The notes: generated by a model not told the origin, from the letters alone. A DNA stretch of 64,000 bases from an uncultured Acidobacteriota bacterium (GCA_963702425.1 CAVPCQ010000021.1:96001-160000), one strand, 5' to 3'. Shown: positions 44,101 through 54,020, counted from the stretch's first letter. Numbers and translations are program-made.

Positions 44101-44392
44101 GGGCTTCCGTGTGATCCAGGAGTCCGTGACGAACGCGCTGCGCCACGCCGCAGCGGCGCGGATCGCGGTTCGGGTGGCGCGGACCGAAGACGGGATCGAG
44201 GTCGCCGTCCGCGACGACGGCCGCGGGTTCGACCTCGACGCCGCGATGGTCCGCGCCGCAGAGGGGCGGCACCTCGGACTGCTCGGGATCCGCGAGCGGG
44301 TCGAGATGCTCGGCGGCCGGGCCGAGATCCGCTCCTCCCCGGGGCGGGGAACCGAGATCCGCGCTACGCTTCCCCTGGAGCCGCCGGCTTGA
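41129..44392 (+). CDS. Sensor kinase with two-component-regulator beta-propeller, Y_Y_Y and HisKA_3 domains
   Basis: Repeated D..G.LW(I/V)GT..GL blades, YAYRLGG..W, one TM, ERKRIARELHDEMGQ, QESVTNALRHA, DDGRGF. Confidence 0.93.
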   Translation: MRPVRRVPLGRRIGLALCLVLLAAAQRGTPLAQPFERIGPGLGLGAEMITALYQDRTGFLWVGTRQGLYLFDGNTFRRFEHDADDPHSLADSAIRAIFEDRSGRLWIGTNSGGLDLLDRANWTFQHLRHESADSHSLSHDSVNAIAEDPDGTLWVATQKGLNRLDPQTRTVTRMLPDPGHPPDARTPASAYVYSLFVDGGGALWVGTVGGGLSVRDPETGRFTHYLPDPSRPDALSSDSVFAITADAQGTIWLAAGREVCHWDPATQGFRCFPLTVAGKGAGPGHVVTSLAHGGAKRLWVGTLSGLYAFDPGTGTFRPATPPDDPARRGRRSRVISLLTDRSGTLWIGTWEDGLLRLGAPDAPFAAIDHGPDGAAGLGDVTALFGNRDGRLWLATSGGGLYLRDAGSATFRRDEPLQKIAPPGASLSLTRLLEDRDGFLWIGTTGALLRLDPQTGAVRELVHAIDDPASIGAGFVTALAQDRDGVLWVGTGEGGLQRLGADGRSFERFVHDPADQTTISDNYVTAIREARDGRLWVGTRSGGLNLFDRRTGRFRRFRSVPGDPTSLSHHYVTSILEDPSGALWIGTSGGGLDRLESVEPEGAARFTHVTAKEGLADNNVMALAADDDGSLWISTREGLSRFDPRRRIFRNYDAADGLPSSEFEPAAVASGETEIYFGTIKGAVAVRRGTPFPEVVPSPTVIASIRTLSGPVAAGEPVWALDELEIPYGEVLIFDFAVLDYSDPSRHRYAYRLGGDDARWVDLGATRSITFSRLDPGRHELRVRGRDASGIFSETAHGLVIRVVPPFWMTTWFRLLASLALLGAVSGWHLARTRRLERRNRELLELQDQREQALRESREKEERLRDAYDRLRALTRRLEAAKEDERKRIARELHDEMGQALTAAKITLDLAERAAAGGARGGGMEGTASLLDRIIDRVRDLSLDLRPPLLDERGLIPALRGYLEAQSRRAGVAIEVDAPPDIGRFPPELEIAGFRVIQESVTNALRHAAAARIAVRVARTEDGIEVAVRDDGRGFDLDAAMVRAAEGRHLGLLGIRERVEMLGGRAEIRSSPGRGTEIRATLPLEPPA

Positions 44393-44397
44393 GGCCC

Positions 44398-45039
44398 ATG
44401 CGCATCCTGCTCGCTGATGATCACGCCCTCGTGCGCGGCGGGATCCGGTCCCTGCTCGGGTCGATCGAGGGGGTCACGGTCGTCGCGGAGACGGGCGACG
44501 GCCTCGAGGCGCTCGAGCTGATCCGTTCGCTCGCGCCCGATCTCGCGCTGCTCGACATCACGATGCCCGGCCTGAACGGCCTCGAGATCGCCGAGCGCGC
44601 CACGAAGGAGGCACCGTCGACGAAGATCGTCGTGCTCTCGATGCACGCCAACGAGAGCTACGTGGCCGATGCGCTGCGGGTCGGTGTCGCGGGCTACCTG
44701 CGCAAGAGCGCCGCGGTCGCGGAGCTGCCAGCGGCGCTCGAGGCCGTCGCGCGCGGCGAGATCTACCTCAGTCCCGGGATCTCGCAGCAGATCGTCGACG
44801 TGCTCCGCGGTGGAGGAGCGCCCTCGAACCCGCTCGCCGCGCTTTCGCCCCGCCAGCGCGAAATCCTCCAGCTGATCGCCGAGGGCCTCTCCAGCAAGGA
44901 GATCGGCTTCCGGCTGAAGATCAGTTCCAAGACCGTCGACACCCACCGCGCGCAGATCATGGAGCGGCTGGGGATCCACAACGTCCAGGGACTGGTGCGC
45001 GCCGCGATGCGGGCCGGGCTGATCCCCTCCGACGAGTAG
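44398..45039 (+). CDS. NarL/LuxR-family response regulator
   Basis: RILLADDH, LLDITMPGLNG, LSPRQREILQLIAEG.SSKEI...TVDTHR. Confidence 0.95.
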   Translation: MRILLADDHALVRGGIRSLLGSIEGVTVVAETGDGLEALELIRSLAPDLALLDITMPGLNGLEIAERATKEAPSTKIVVLSMHANESYVADALRVGVAGYLRKSAAVAELPAALEAVARGEIYLSPGISQQIVDVLRGGGAPSNPLAALSPRQREILQLIAEGLSSKEIGFRLKISSKTVDTHRAQIMERLGIHNVQGLVRAAMRAGLIPSDE

Positions 45040-45223
45040 GCCGCTCGCGGTCCGCGCCCTTCGGGTGCCGGCGGCGGCCCGGACCCGTCCGTGGAAGACC
45101 GCACCCGCCCGCCCCACCCTCCGCCTAGGCAAACTGCTGACCCCCCGCTCAGCAATCGACCGATACCGCGCCGCGCGCATCCGGCGAATCATCGTGGGGC
45201 TCGATGAACGGCGGAGGTGACGG

Positions 45224-45766
45224 GTGGATGGTCCTGCGGCACGCGTGCGGTTGCTCCTCGTGGACGACAGCGAGGAGTTCCTGCGGGCCGAGACCGCGTG
45301 GCTCGGTTCCCTGCCCGGGTTCGAGATCGCCGGAATCGCGCGCTCGGGCGAGGAGGCGCTGGAGGCGGTGCGCCGCCTTCGTCCCGACATCGTGCTGATG
45401 GACCTGGCGATGCCCGGATTGGGGGGGTTCGAGGCGATCCGGGCGCTGAAGGAGAGCCCGGCCGCGCCGCCCGTCGTCGCTGTCTCGCTGCACGACAGCC
45501 AGGTCATTCGCAGCGAGGCCTCGATGGCGGGGGCCGACGCGTTCGTCCCGAAGGCCCTCCTGTCGACCCAGCTGCTGGCGGCCCTGCACGCGGTGCGGGC
45601 CGGGGATCGCGATGGCGACGGAGTTGGAAGAAGGCCCTGGGAGGCGGATCGGGAGCGGAAGCGACAGCCACAGGTGCAACAGGATGTCTCGTCACCGGCG
45701 CCGGAATCGGAGCCGGGGAGCGAACTGGTTCGTTCACTGCAGGAGGAGAGAGACCCATGTCCATGA
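45224..45766 (+). CDS. Single-domain response regulator (receiver only)
   Basis: GGAGG RBS; LLLVDDS, DIVLMDLAMPG, GADAFVPK; unstructured tail. Confidence 0.85.
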   Translation: MDGPAARVRLLLVDDSEEFLRAETAWLGSLPGFEIAGIARSGEEALEAVRRLRPDIVLMDLAMPGLGGFEAIRALKESPAAPPVVAVSLHDSQVIRSEASMAGADAFVPKALLSTQLLAALHAVRAGDRDGDGVGRRPWEADRERKRQPQVQQDVSSPAPESEPGSELVRSLQEERDPCP

Positions 45767-46827
45767 GCAGGAAGTCCGTGATTCTCGTGTTGGTCGCGCT
45801 GCTGGTCGGTGCGGCCGGTTCTGCCTTCGCCGGCGGTGTCAAGTTCGTCCCGCTCGGCGTGCCCAACTCCTTCGCCACCGACGTTTCCGGCGACGGTCGG
45901 ACGGCGGTCGGCTACATCTTCGACGGAGAGAACTTCTCCTGGACCAAGTCCGGCGGCTACGTCGGGCTCGGCGGCGGCTGCCCGGTCTCGTCCACCCGGA
46001 TCTCCGGCGACGGCCTGACGATCGTCGGCTGTGCGGTCGACGAGAACGGCTACTGGAACGCCGCGCGCTGGCTCGGTGGGCAGGCCTGGCAGACGCTCGG
46101 CACCGTCCCCGGCGGCGTCAACTGCGACCTGAACGTCAGCAGCGCCTGGGGAATCAACGGCGACGGTTCGACGACGGTCGGCCTGATCTGGCTGCCCAGG
46201 CTTTGCCGGGCCAACGCCGGGAAGTGGGCCACCTTCTCAGGCGAGGTCACGGATCTGGGCACGATGATCACGGACAGCGCGTCGCGAGCCAACGGGATCT
46301 CCGCCGACGGCCGCGTCATCGTCGGCTGGCAGGACCTCGAGACCGGCCAGCGGGTCGGCGCGAAGTGGGTCGACGGCGTCCCCGAGTTCATCTACGACGG
46401 CGCCATGAACTACGTCGGCGAGGCCCAGAGCGCGAACGACGACGGCACCGTGATCGTCGGCTCCGGCTACAAGAACGGCTTCGGCTGGCGCTGGAAGCAG
46501 GACGTCGGCTTCACCGCGATCGGCCCCTACATCATCGACCGGTCCGGCGGGATCCTCGGCGAGAGTTACGCCAACGACGTCAACGCCGACGGTTCCGTCG
46601 TCGTCGGCAACACCAGCGGCTCCGGCCGCGCCTTCTTCTGGAGCGAGGCCGGTGGCTTCCAGTACGTCGACCAGTACCTCAAGAAGGTGGGCGTCAAGGT
46701 CCCCAGTGGCTGGACTCTCACTGGGCTCAACGCGGTGAGCGCCGACGGCCGCGTGATGGTCGGCACCGGTCTGCACAATGGGACCTTCGAGGGCTTCGTG
46801 CTCGAGTTCGACACCGCCCCCCGCTAG
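45757..46827 (+). CDS. Secreted HAF-repeat-like beta-propeller protein
   Basis: AGGAGG RBS, signal peptide, repeats of A.(G/D)(V/I)(S/N).DG..(I/V)VG...A..W. Confidence 0.85.
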   Translation: MSMSRKSVILVLVALLVGAAGSAFAGGVKFVPLGVPNSFATDVSGDGRTAVGYIFDGENFSWTKSGGYVGLGGGCPVSSTRISGDGLTIVGCAVDENGYWNAARWLGGQAWQTLGTVPGGVNCDLNVSSAWGINGDGSTTVGLIWLPRLCRANAGKWATFSGEVTDLGTMITDSASRANGISADGRVIVGWQDLETGQRVGAKWVDGVPEFIYDGAMNYVGEAQSANDDGTVIVGSGYKNGFGWRWKQDVGFTAIGPYIIDRSGGILGESYANDVNADGSVVVGNTSGSGRAFFWSEAGGFQYVDQYLKKVGVKVPSGWTLTGLNAVSADGRVMVGTGLHNGTFEGFVLEFDTAPR

Positions 46828-46850
46828 TGTCGGGGCCGGGGCTCTCCGGG

Positions 46851-46893
46851 CGGAGGGAGCGGGGCGCAGGCCCCGCTCCCTCCGTTTTGCTTT
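46851..46893 (+). terminator. Intrinsic terminator
   Basis: 15-bp stem CGGAGGGAGCGGGGC-gcag-GCCCCGCTCCCTCCG followed by TTTTGCTTT. Confidence 0.85.
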
Positions 46894-47043
46894 CGGAACA
46901 CGACCTGCCGCCTGCTTCTCCTCTGGGGCGCACGTCTGCCGCGCTCCCGGGGGGCGGGCGGCGCCCTGCAGCCGGGGGGGAGGCGCTGTGAGAAAATGTC
47001 GAGGCAGCCCACTCCGGAGGCGGCCCGCCGTGGAGGTTCTTCG

Positions 47044-49743
47044 ATGAATCCCGTTCCTGGTTCGCGCTCTCTCGCCCTCGTACCGCTCTGCCTGGTGTTC
47101 GTGGCGCTAGCAAGCCTGCTCCCGCTCGCCGCCATCCCCGCGACCGCGGCGACCCAATCGGCCGCGCCGGCCGCCGCGCCGGAGCCGCAGACCACCCCCG
47201 ACGGCTTCCCGGCCACGAAGCAGACGACGGCCGGCCTGCTCACCGTCTACCAGCCGCAGCTCGACAGCTGGGACGGTTACCGGCTCAAGACCCACGCCGC
47301 CTGCTCGGTCCTCCCGCCGGGGAGCAAGGTCGCCATCTTCGGCGTGGTCTTCCTGCAGGCCAACACGCAGGTCGACAAGCCGACGCGCAGCGTGCTGCTC
47401 TACGACACGCAGATCGTGAAGGTCTCGTTCCCGTCGGCTCCGGACAAGGCGGCGCAGTTCCAGGCCGCCTTCGCCGAGCTGATCACGCCCGAGGGGAAGG
47501 AGATCGCGCTCGATCGGCTGGAGGCCGACCTGGCGATCTCGAAGGCCGAGATCGCCCAGTTGACGCAGCCCGTCCGCAACGACCCGCCGCAGATCATCTT
47601 CTCGCAGACGTCCGCGGTGCTGGTCCACGTCGACGGCGACCCGGTCTGGATCCCGGTCGAAGGGACGCCGTTCGAGCGGGTCCTGAACACCCACTCGCTG
47701 CTGCTGCGCCAGAAGGGGAACAGCGACATCTTCCTGCACCTGCTGGGCGGCTGGATGGCGTCGCCGAGCCTCGCCGGGCCTTGGGTCGTGGCCACCTTCC
47801 AGCCGCCCGGCGCCGACGCGCTGGCGCAGAAGCTGGCCCAGGAGGGGATCGCCGACCTGATGGACGCGAAGCCCGATCCGAGCGATCCGCAGGCCAAGAC
47901 GCCGTCGCTGACGACCAGCTCGCCGACGATCATCGTCGCGACGAAGCCGACCGAGGTCGTAGTGACCGAGGGAGCGCCCGACTGGGAGTCGCTCGAGGGG
48001 ACGAACCTGCTCTACGTGAAGAACACGACGGCGAACATCTTCATGGACATCCAGAACCAGAAGATGTACGTCCTGATCTCCGGGCGCTGGTTCGTGGCCG
48101 GGTCGTCGGCCGGGCCGTGGGCCTTCGTCCCGCCGAACACTCTACCTTCCGACTTCGCGCACATTCCGGACACCAGCCCCAAGGAGAACGTGAAGGCCAG
48201 CGTGCCGGGCACGGCCCAGGCGCGCGAGGCGGTCATCTCGGCCCAGGTCCCGCAGACTGCCGTCGTCTACGTCGACAAGGCCACCTTCGACCCGAAGATC
48301 GACGGCGAGCCGGTCATGAAACCGATCGACGGCACGGCCATGTCGTACGTCGCCAACAGCACCGATCCGCTGATCGAAGTCGGGCCGATGCAGTGGTACG
48401 CCGTGAAGGCCGGTGTCTGGTACACCGCCAGCGCGGCCACCGGGCCGTGGCACGTGGCCCTCTCGGTCCCGCCGGCGATCTACACGATCCCGACCAGCTC
48501 GCCGCTCCACTACGTCACCTACGTCCAGATCTACGACGCCACGCCGACCTACGTCGTCGTCGGCTACACCTCGGGCTACATGGGGACGGTGATCACGCCG
48601 TCCGGGACCGTCGTCTACGGGACCGGCTACTCCTATCCGCCATACATCGGTGGCTCGGTCTGGGTCCCGCCGCCGCCGACCTACGGCTACGCGGTCGGGA
48701 TGGCCTACACGCCGTGGACCGGCTGGGGCTACGGGTATGGCGTCGGCTGGGGCTGGGGTGCGGCCGCCGTCGGCTTCGGCGTCGGCTGGGCGATGGCGAC
48801 CGCTCCCTGCTGGGGCCCGATGCCGTACTACTACCACCCCTACTACGGCTACGGCGGCGCGGCCGTCGGCATGTACGGCGCGGCCGCGTGGGGTGCGCAC
48901 GGCTGGGCCGCGACCAGCGGCAACATCTACCACCAGTACGGGGCGACCTCGGCGGTCACGCGCAGCTCGGCGGGATACAACGCCTGGACCGGCAACGCCT
49001 GGTCCTCGCAGGTCGGCCACTCGTACAACTCGGTGACGGGGCGGGTCTCGGCGGGCCAGAAGGCCTCAGTCGGGAACGCCTACACCGGCAACTACGCCAA
49101 CGTCGCGCGCGGCGCGACCTACAACCCGTCGACCGGCGTTGCGGCCGCGGGGAGCAAGGGGACGGTCGGCAACGCCGATACCGGCAACTCGGCCAACTAC
49201 GCGCGCGGCGCGGTGTCGGGGCCCGGCGGGAACACGACGAGCTTCGGCGCGGTCCAGGGCTCGAAGGGCTCCGTCGGACACGTCGGGAACAACTACTACG
49301 CCAGCGCCGACGGGAACGTCTACAAGTACAACGGTTCGTCGCAGTCGTTCCAGCAGTACAACAAGAGCGGCGGCTGGGACGACGCGTCAGCCGAGCGCTC
49401 GCAGTCGCTCTCGCAGCAGTCGGCCGCGCACGCGGCGGGTGAGACGCGGGCGTTCGGGAGCGGGAGCACGAGCTTCTCGGGCGGGGACGGCATGGACCGC
49501 TCGGGCGGCGGCGGCTGGGGCGGCGGCGGCTTCGGCGGCGGCGGTGGCGAGGACCGCGGTGGCGGCGGCTTCGGCGGCGGCTTCGGGGGCGGCGGCGGCT
49601 TCGGGGGTGGCGGTGGCGGATTCGGCGGCGGCTTCCACGGTGCCGGCGGCTGGGGCGGCGGCGGCGGCGGCGGCTTCGGCGGCGGCTTCGGCCGCGGCGG
49701 CTTCGGCGGTGGCTTCCGTGGCGGCGGCGGCTTCCGGCGCTAG
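47044..49743 (+). CDS. Large secreted hypothetical protein with repeated W(Y/F)....GPW units and a Gly/Phe-rich tail
   Basis: GGAGG RBS and signal peptide; YQPQLDSW, three W.....(A/T)GPW repeats, YVVVGYTSGY.G, Tyr/Gly-rich region, terminal GGGF repeats. Confidence 0.85.
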   Translation: MNPVPGSRSLALVPLCLVFVALASLLPLAAIPATAATQSAAPAAAPEPQTTPDGFPATKQTTAGLLTVYQPQLDSWDGYRLKTHAACSVLPPGSKVAIFGVVFLQANTQVDKPTRSVLLYDTQIVKVSFPSAPDKAAQFQAAFAELITPEGKEIALDRLEADLAISKAEIAQLTQPVRNDPPQIIFSQTSAVLVHVDGDPVWIPVEGTPFERVLNTHSLLLRQKGNSDIFLHLLGGWMASPSLAGPWVVATFQPPGADALAQKLAQEGIADLMDAKPDPSDPQAKTPSLTTSSPTIIVATKPTEVVVTEGAPDWESLEGTNLLYVKNTTANIFMDIQNQKMYVLISGRWFVAGSSAGPWAFVPPNTLPSDFAHIPDTSPKENVKASVPGTAQAREAVISAQVPQTAVVYVDKATFDPKIDGEPVMKPIDGTAMSYVANSTDPLIEVGPMQWYAVKAGVWYTASAATGPWHVALSVPPAIYTIPTSSPLHYVTYVQIYDATPTYVVVGYTSGYMGTVITPSGTVVYGTGYSYPPYIGGSVWVPPPPTYGYAVGMAYTPWTGWGYGYGVGWGWGAAAVGFGVGWAMATAPCWGPMPYYYHPYYGYGGAAVGMYGAAAWGAHGWAATSGNIYHQYGATSAVTRSSAGYNAWTGNAWSSQVGHSYNSVTGRVSAGQKASVGNAYTGNYANVARGATYNPSTGVAAAGSKGTVGNADTGNSANYARGAVSGPGGNTTSFGAVQGSKGSVGHVGNNYYASADGNVYKYNGSSQSFQQYNKSGGWDDASAERSQSLSQQSAAHAAGETRAFGSGSTSFSGGDGMDRSGGGGWGGGGFGGGGGEDRGGGGFGGGFGGGGGFGGGGGGFGGGFHGAGGWGGGGGGGFGGGFGRGGFGGGFRGGGGFRR

Positions 49744-49905
49744 CCTGGGCCCGAGCCGCACTGGATTGCGTGATCGGCCGAAGCCGATCGAGCGATCGGT
49801 GGCGCGCGCCGCTTGCAGCGGAGACACTTGCCCGGTAGCGTTACTGAGCAGTAAGCTGGAGTGCATCGAAACAGATCGTGATCTTTCAAACGAAGGAGGA
49901 GCGGC

Positions 49906-50496
49906 ATGAATCGGGGCTTGGGAATTGTCCTGCTTGTCCTGCTGGCGATCGCCGCGGGACCGGCCGTCGCGGCAACGGGCCACAGCATCGTCCGCGGGGG
50001 CCTCTCCTACGCGATGCCCGGCGGCGACACCAACTTCAACATCTCCGGAGAGAAGGGATCGCTCGACGTCCAGGAGTCGCTGGGCGTGTACGTGGGCTAC
50101 GAGTACCTGTTCACGGACTTCTTCGGCCTCGACTTCAACCTGGCGTGGCAGGACCATGACTACATCGCGAACTTCGCGGACTCCCCGAAGGTCGAGGGTT
50201 CCGTCGGGAACATCAACCTGATGATCGCGTCGAACTTCCACGTCGCGCGGTGCGACTGGGGCACCTTCTACCTCGGTCCCGTCGTCTCCTACGGCTTCGC
50301 GCAGGATCGTGCGAGCAATGCGCTCGGCCTCGGGGCGCAGGTCGGCACCGACATCTACCTCAACGACAGCGGTCTCCTGCTGAACATGTCGGCCAGCTAC
50401 CAGTGGGTGTCCCAGGACTGGGACTTCTCCAGCGGCGGCGTCAAGTACGACGTCAATCCGCTGACGTTCCGCCTGGGGCTCGGCTACAAGTTCTGA
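49906..50496 (+). CDS. Small outer-membrane beta-barrel (OmpW-like)
   Basis: Signal peptide, alternating beta strands, GLGAQVGTD, C-terminal VNPLTFRLGLGYKF. Confidence 0.82.
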   Translation: MNRGLGIVLLVLLAIAAGPAVAATGHSIVRGGLSYAMPGGDTNFNISGEKGSLDVQESLGVYVGYEYLFTDFFGLDFNLAWQDHDYIANFADSPKVEGSVGNINLMIASNFHVARCDWGTFYLGPVVSYGFAQDRASNALGLGAQVGTDIYLNDSGLLLNMSASYQWVSQDWDFSSGGVKYDVNPLTFRLGLGYKF

Positions 50497-50520
50497 TCGT
50501 GGACGGCTTCGCGGATGCAG

Positions 50521-50556
50521 CGGGCCGCGGTGCACGCCGCGGCCCGTCCCGTTTTC
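50521..50556 (+). terminator. Probable intrinsic terminator
   Basis: CGGGCCGCGG-tgcacg-CCGCGGCCCG followed by TCCCGTTTT. Confidence 0.6.
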
Positions 50557-50733
50557 GGCCGACCCCGGGGCGGGTATACTCCCCCGGCGTCGCTGGACCG
50601 ACGCGGAGAGCCTTCATGATCCGAAGGACTTGTGCAGGAGTCCCGCCGTTCGCGTCGCCGGGGACTATCCCGGCACCTCGATGCCGTTCGCGAACGTCAC
50701 CATAACATGTAAGTTCTGGAAGGAGACGGCGCC

Positions 50734-53253
50734 ATGAGGACACGCGACAACGCGATCCGCTGGATGGCAGCGGCCGCCCTGTTCCTGGCGGTCGCATCGA
50801 CCGGCAACGCGCAGCAGACGACCGGCACGCCCGGCTCGCCGGATGCCACCGCGACCCTCGACGGCAAGCAGCTCCCGCCGCCCGATCCGAAGTTCGGCGG
50901 CGTGATCAAGGATGGCGCGCTGCAGTCGAAGCCCTGGTGGGCGCCGCGGGTCGTGCCGCCCGCTGGCGCGCCGAATGTCCTGCTGATCATCACCGACGAC
51001 GCCGGCTTCGCCGTGCCGAGCACCTTCGGCGGGGTGATCCCCACGCCGACCATGGACCGCCTCGCGAAGGACGGCCTGCGCTACAACCGGGTCTTCTCCA
51101 CCGCGTTGTGCTCGCCGACCCGCGCTGCGCTGATCACCGGGCGCAACCATCACTCGGTCGGCTTCGGTGTGATCTCCGAGCAGTCCACCGGATTTCCCGG
51201 CTACAACAGCATCATCGACCGGGACAAGGCGACGATCGGACGGATCCTGCTCGACAACGGCTACAACACGTCGTGGTTCGGCAAGGACCACAACGTGCCG
51301 GCGTTCCAGGCCAGCCAGACCGGCCCCTTCGACCAGTGGCCGATCGGCATGGGCTTCGAGTACTTCTACGGGTTCGTCGGTGGCGATGCCAACCAGTGGG
51401 AGCCGAACCTGTTCCGCAACACGACGCAGATCTATCCGTTCCTGGGGAAGCCGCCCGGAACCTGGAACCTCATCACCGCGATGGCCGACGAGGCCATCGA
51501 CTGGATGACGCGGATGCACCAGATCGACCCGAGCAAGCCGATCTTCATCAAGTACGCGCCCGGCGCCACCCACGCGCCGCACCACCCGACCAAGGAGTGG
51601 GTGGACAGGATCAGCAAGTTGAAGCTGTTCGACGAGGGCTGGATCAAGCTGCGCGAGCGCATCTTCGAGAATCAGAAGCGGCTCGGCGTGATCCCGAAGG
51701 ACGCCAAGCTGACGCCGTGGCCGAAGGACGTGCTGAAGGAATGGGACCAGCTGACTGCGGAGGAGAAGAAACTGTTCATCCGCCAGGTCGAGGTCTTCGC
51801 CGCCTATGCCGCCTACAACGACCATGAAATCGGCCGCGTGATCCAGGCCTTCCAGGACCTGGGCAAGCTCGACAACACGCTGGTCATCTACATCAACGGC
51901 GACAACGGGACCAGCGCCGAGGGCGGGCCGATGGGCACTCCCAATGAGGTCGCGTTCTTCAACGGTCTCAACATGCTGCCCGTCGACGTTCAGATGAAGT
52001 TCTATGACGTGTGGGGCACCGAACAGACCTACAACCACATGTCGGCCGGCTGGTCGTGGGCCTTCGACACGCCGTTCCCCTGGTTCAAGCAGAACGCCTC
52101 CCAGCTCGGCGGCATCAACCAGAACATGGTGGTGTCGTGGCCGGCGCGCATCAAGGACAAGGGCGCCCTGCGCGAGCAGTTCGTCCACGTGATCGACGTC
52201 GTGCCCACGATCCTCGAAGCGGCCGGCATCCGCGCGCCCGAGGTCGTGGATGGCATCAGGCAGAAACCGATCGAAGGCACCAGCTTCGCCTACACCTTCG
52301 ACGCACAGAACGCCAAGGCGCCGTCGCGGCACACGACCCAGTACTTCGAGATGATGGGCCAGTGGGCGCTGTACCAGGACGGCTGGTTCCTCAGCACCAA
52401 GGTGAACCGCGCGCCGTGGGAGGCATTCGGCGCGGCGAACCCGGACCCGCTGAACAACCAGGTGTTCGAACTCTTCGACCTGAACAAGGACTTCAGCCAG
52501 ACCGAGAACGTCGCGGCCAAGTACCCGCAGAAGGTCAAGGAACTGAAGGACCTCTTCATCGCCGAGGCCAGGAAGTACCAGGTCCTCCCGCTGGATGCGT
52601 CGGTGGCCGCCCGCATCGTCGCACCCCGGCCCAACATCACTGCCGGCCGCTCGGAGTTCGTCTACACCCGGCCGATGGTCGGCCTGCCGCAGGGCGATTC
52701 GCCGGTGCTGCTCAACACCTCCTACACGGTCACCGCCGATGTCGAGGTACCCCAGGGCGGCGCCGAGGGCATGATCCTGACCTCGGGCGGGCGTTTCGGC
52801 GGCTACGGCTTCTACCTGCTCAAGGGCAAGCCGGTGTTCCTGTGGAACATGGTCGATCTCGAGCGCCTGAAGTGGGAAGCGCCCGAGGCGCTTCCGCCGG
52901 GGCGGCACACGCTCGAGTTCGACTTCCAGTACGACGGCCTGGGCGCCGGCACGCTGGCGTTCAACGACTTCAGCGGCGTCGGCCGGCCCGGCACCGGCAC
53001 GTTGAAGGTCGATGGCAAGGTGGTCGCCACGCAGCAGATGAAGCGCACGCTCCCGATGATCCTGCAGTGGGACGAGAGCTTCGACATCGGCTCGGACACG
53101 CTGACCGGCGTCAACGACGCCGACTACCTGCCGCCATTCGCGCTGACTGCAAAGCTCAACAAGCTGACGATCAAGCTCAACCGGCCGCAGCTATCACCCG
53201 AGGATATCAAGAAGCTCGAGGCCGCCCAGCGGAACAACAAGGTGAGCGAGTGA
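50734..53253 (+). CDS. Arylsulfatase (Cys-type, AtsA/AtsD-like, C-terminal LamG-like extension)
   Basis: PNVLLIITDD, LCSPTRAALITGRNHH, FGKDH, GATHAPHH, GDNG.SAEG; signal peptide. Confidence 0.95.
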   Translation: MRTRDNAIRWMAAAALFLAVASTGNAQQTTGTPGSPDATATLDGKQLPPPDPKFGGVIKDGALQSKPWWAPRVVPPAGAPNVLLIITDDAGFAVPSTFGGVIPTPTMDRLAKDGLRYNRVFSTALCSPTRAALITGRNHHSVGFGVISEQSTGFPGYNSIIDRDKATIGRILLDNGYNTSWFGKDHNVPAFQASQTGPFDQWPIGMGFEYFYGFVGGDANQWEPNLFRNTTQIYPFLGKPPGTWNLITAMADEAIDWMTRMHQIDPSKPIFIKYAPGATHAPHHPTKEWVDRISKLKLFDEGWIKLRERIFENQKRLGVIPKDAKLTPWPKDVLKEWDQLTAEEKKLFIRQVEVFAAYAAYNDHEIGRVIQAFQDLGKLDNTLVIYINGDNGTSAEGGPMGTPNEVAFFNGLNMLPVDVQMKFYDVWGTEQTYNHMSAGWSWAFDTPFPWFKQNASQLGGINQNMVVSWPARIKDKGALREQFVHVIDVVPTILEAAGIRAPEVVDGIRQKPIEGTSFAYTFDAQNAKAPSRHTTQYFEMMGQWALYQDGWFLSTKVNRAPWEAFGAANPDPLNNQVFELFDLNKDFSQTENVAAKYPQKVKELKDLFIAEARKYQVLPLDASVAARIVAPRPNITAGRSEFVYTRPMVGLPQGDSPVLLNTSYTVTADVEVPQGGAEGMILTSGGRFGGYGFYLLKGKPVFLWNMVDLERLKWEAPEALPPGRHTLEFDFQYDGLGAGTLAFNDFSGVGRPGTGTLKVDGKVVATQQMKRTLPMILQWDESFDIGSDTLTGVNDADYLPPFALTAKLNKLTIKLNRPQLSPEDIKKLEAAQRNNKVSE

Positions 53254-53275
53254 TCGCTTCGACAAGGGAGCAGTC

Positions 53276-53992
53276 ATGAAGCTACGCACGAGGTCCGTCA
53301 TCGCCGCGTTCCTGTTCGGTGTCGTCGCGCCCGTCGTGGCGCCGCAGGCACCCGCGCCGGCTGCGAGCACGGACCGCGTCGCCGCCGTCAAGCAGTCGCT
53401 CCAGGCGAGCTTGGCGGCCCTCCGCCAGTACGAGTGGGTCGAGACCACGGTCGTTTCGCTCAAGGGCGAGGAGAAGTCCCGGAAGCAGAACAGCTGCTAC
53501 TACGGCGCCGACGGCAAGGTCCAGAAGACCCCGATCGGGGGCGAACCCGCGGCCGATGCCAAGCAGCCGAGGGGGCTTCGCGGGAAAATCGTCGAGAACA
53601 AGAAGGAAGAGCTTTCCGCTTCGATGAAGGAAGCGATCGCCCTCGTGAAGCAGTACGTTCCCCCCGATGCGGCACGCATCCAGGCGGCGAAGGACGCCGG
53701 GAGGCTGTCCGTGGTCCCGCCCGACGCCCAGGGGATCGCGAAGCTGGTCATCAAGGACTACCTGAAGGCGGGGGACTCGCTCACGCTGAACGTAAACGCC
53801 GCGGCCAATCGGATCGCCGGCGTCACGGTCGCCACCTTCACCGACAGCGCGAAGGACGCGGTCGGGATGAAGGTCGGCTTCGGCGCGTTCGCCGACGGCA
53901 CGGTCTACCCGGCGACGATCAACCTCGACGTGAAGGCGCAGAACCTCTCGGTCGCGATCGAGAACACCGGTTACAAGAAGCGCGGCGGCTGA
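53276..53992 (+). CDS. Secreted hypothetical protein
   Basis: Signal peptide; LRQYEWVETT...KGEEK...YG.DGKVQK; Lys-rich; apparently co-transcribed with the sulfatase. Confidence 0.8.
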   Translation: MKLRTRSVIAAFLFGVVAPVVAPQAPAPAASTDRVAAVKQSLQASLAALRQYEWVETTVVSLKGEEKSRKQNSCYYGADGKVQKTPIGGEPAADAKQPRGLRGKIVENKKEELSASMKEAIALVKQYVPPDAARIQAAKDAGRLSVVPPDAQGIAKLVIKDYLKAGDSLTLNVNAAANRIAGVTVATFTDSAKDAVGMKVGFGAFADGTVYPATINLDVKAQNLSVAIENTGYKKRGG

Positions 53993-54020
53993 AGGCGCGC
54001 GCGCTCGTTCGATCCGAAAG

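Noticed and set aside
49500-49740. GGC-rich simple repeat
   Set aside because: Encodes the Gly-rich tail of the 47044-49743 protein.
49800-49817. Sigma-54 promoter-like TGGCGCG...TTGCA upstream of the OmpW-like gene
   Set aside because: GG-to-GC spacing is 2 bp too long for a -24/-12 promoter.
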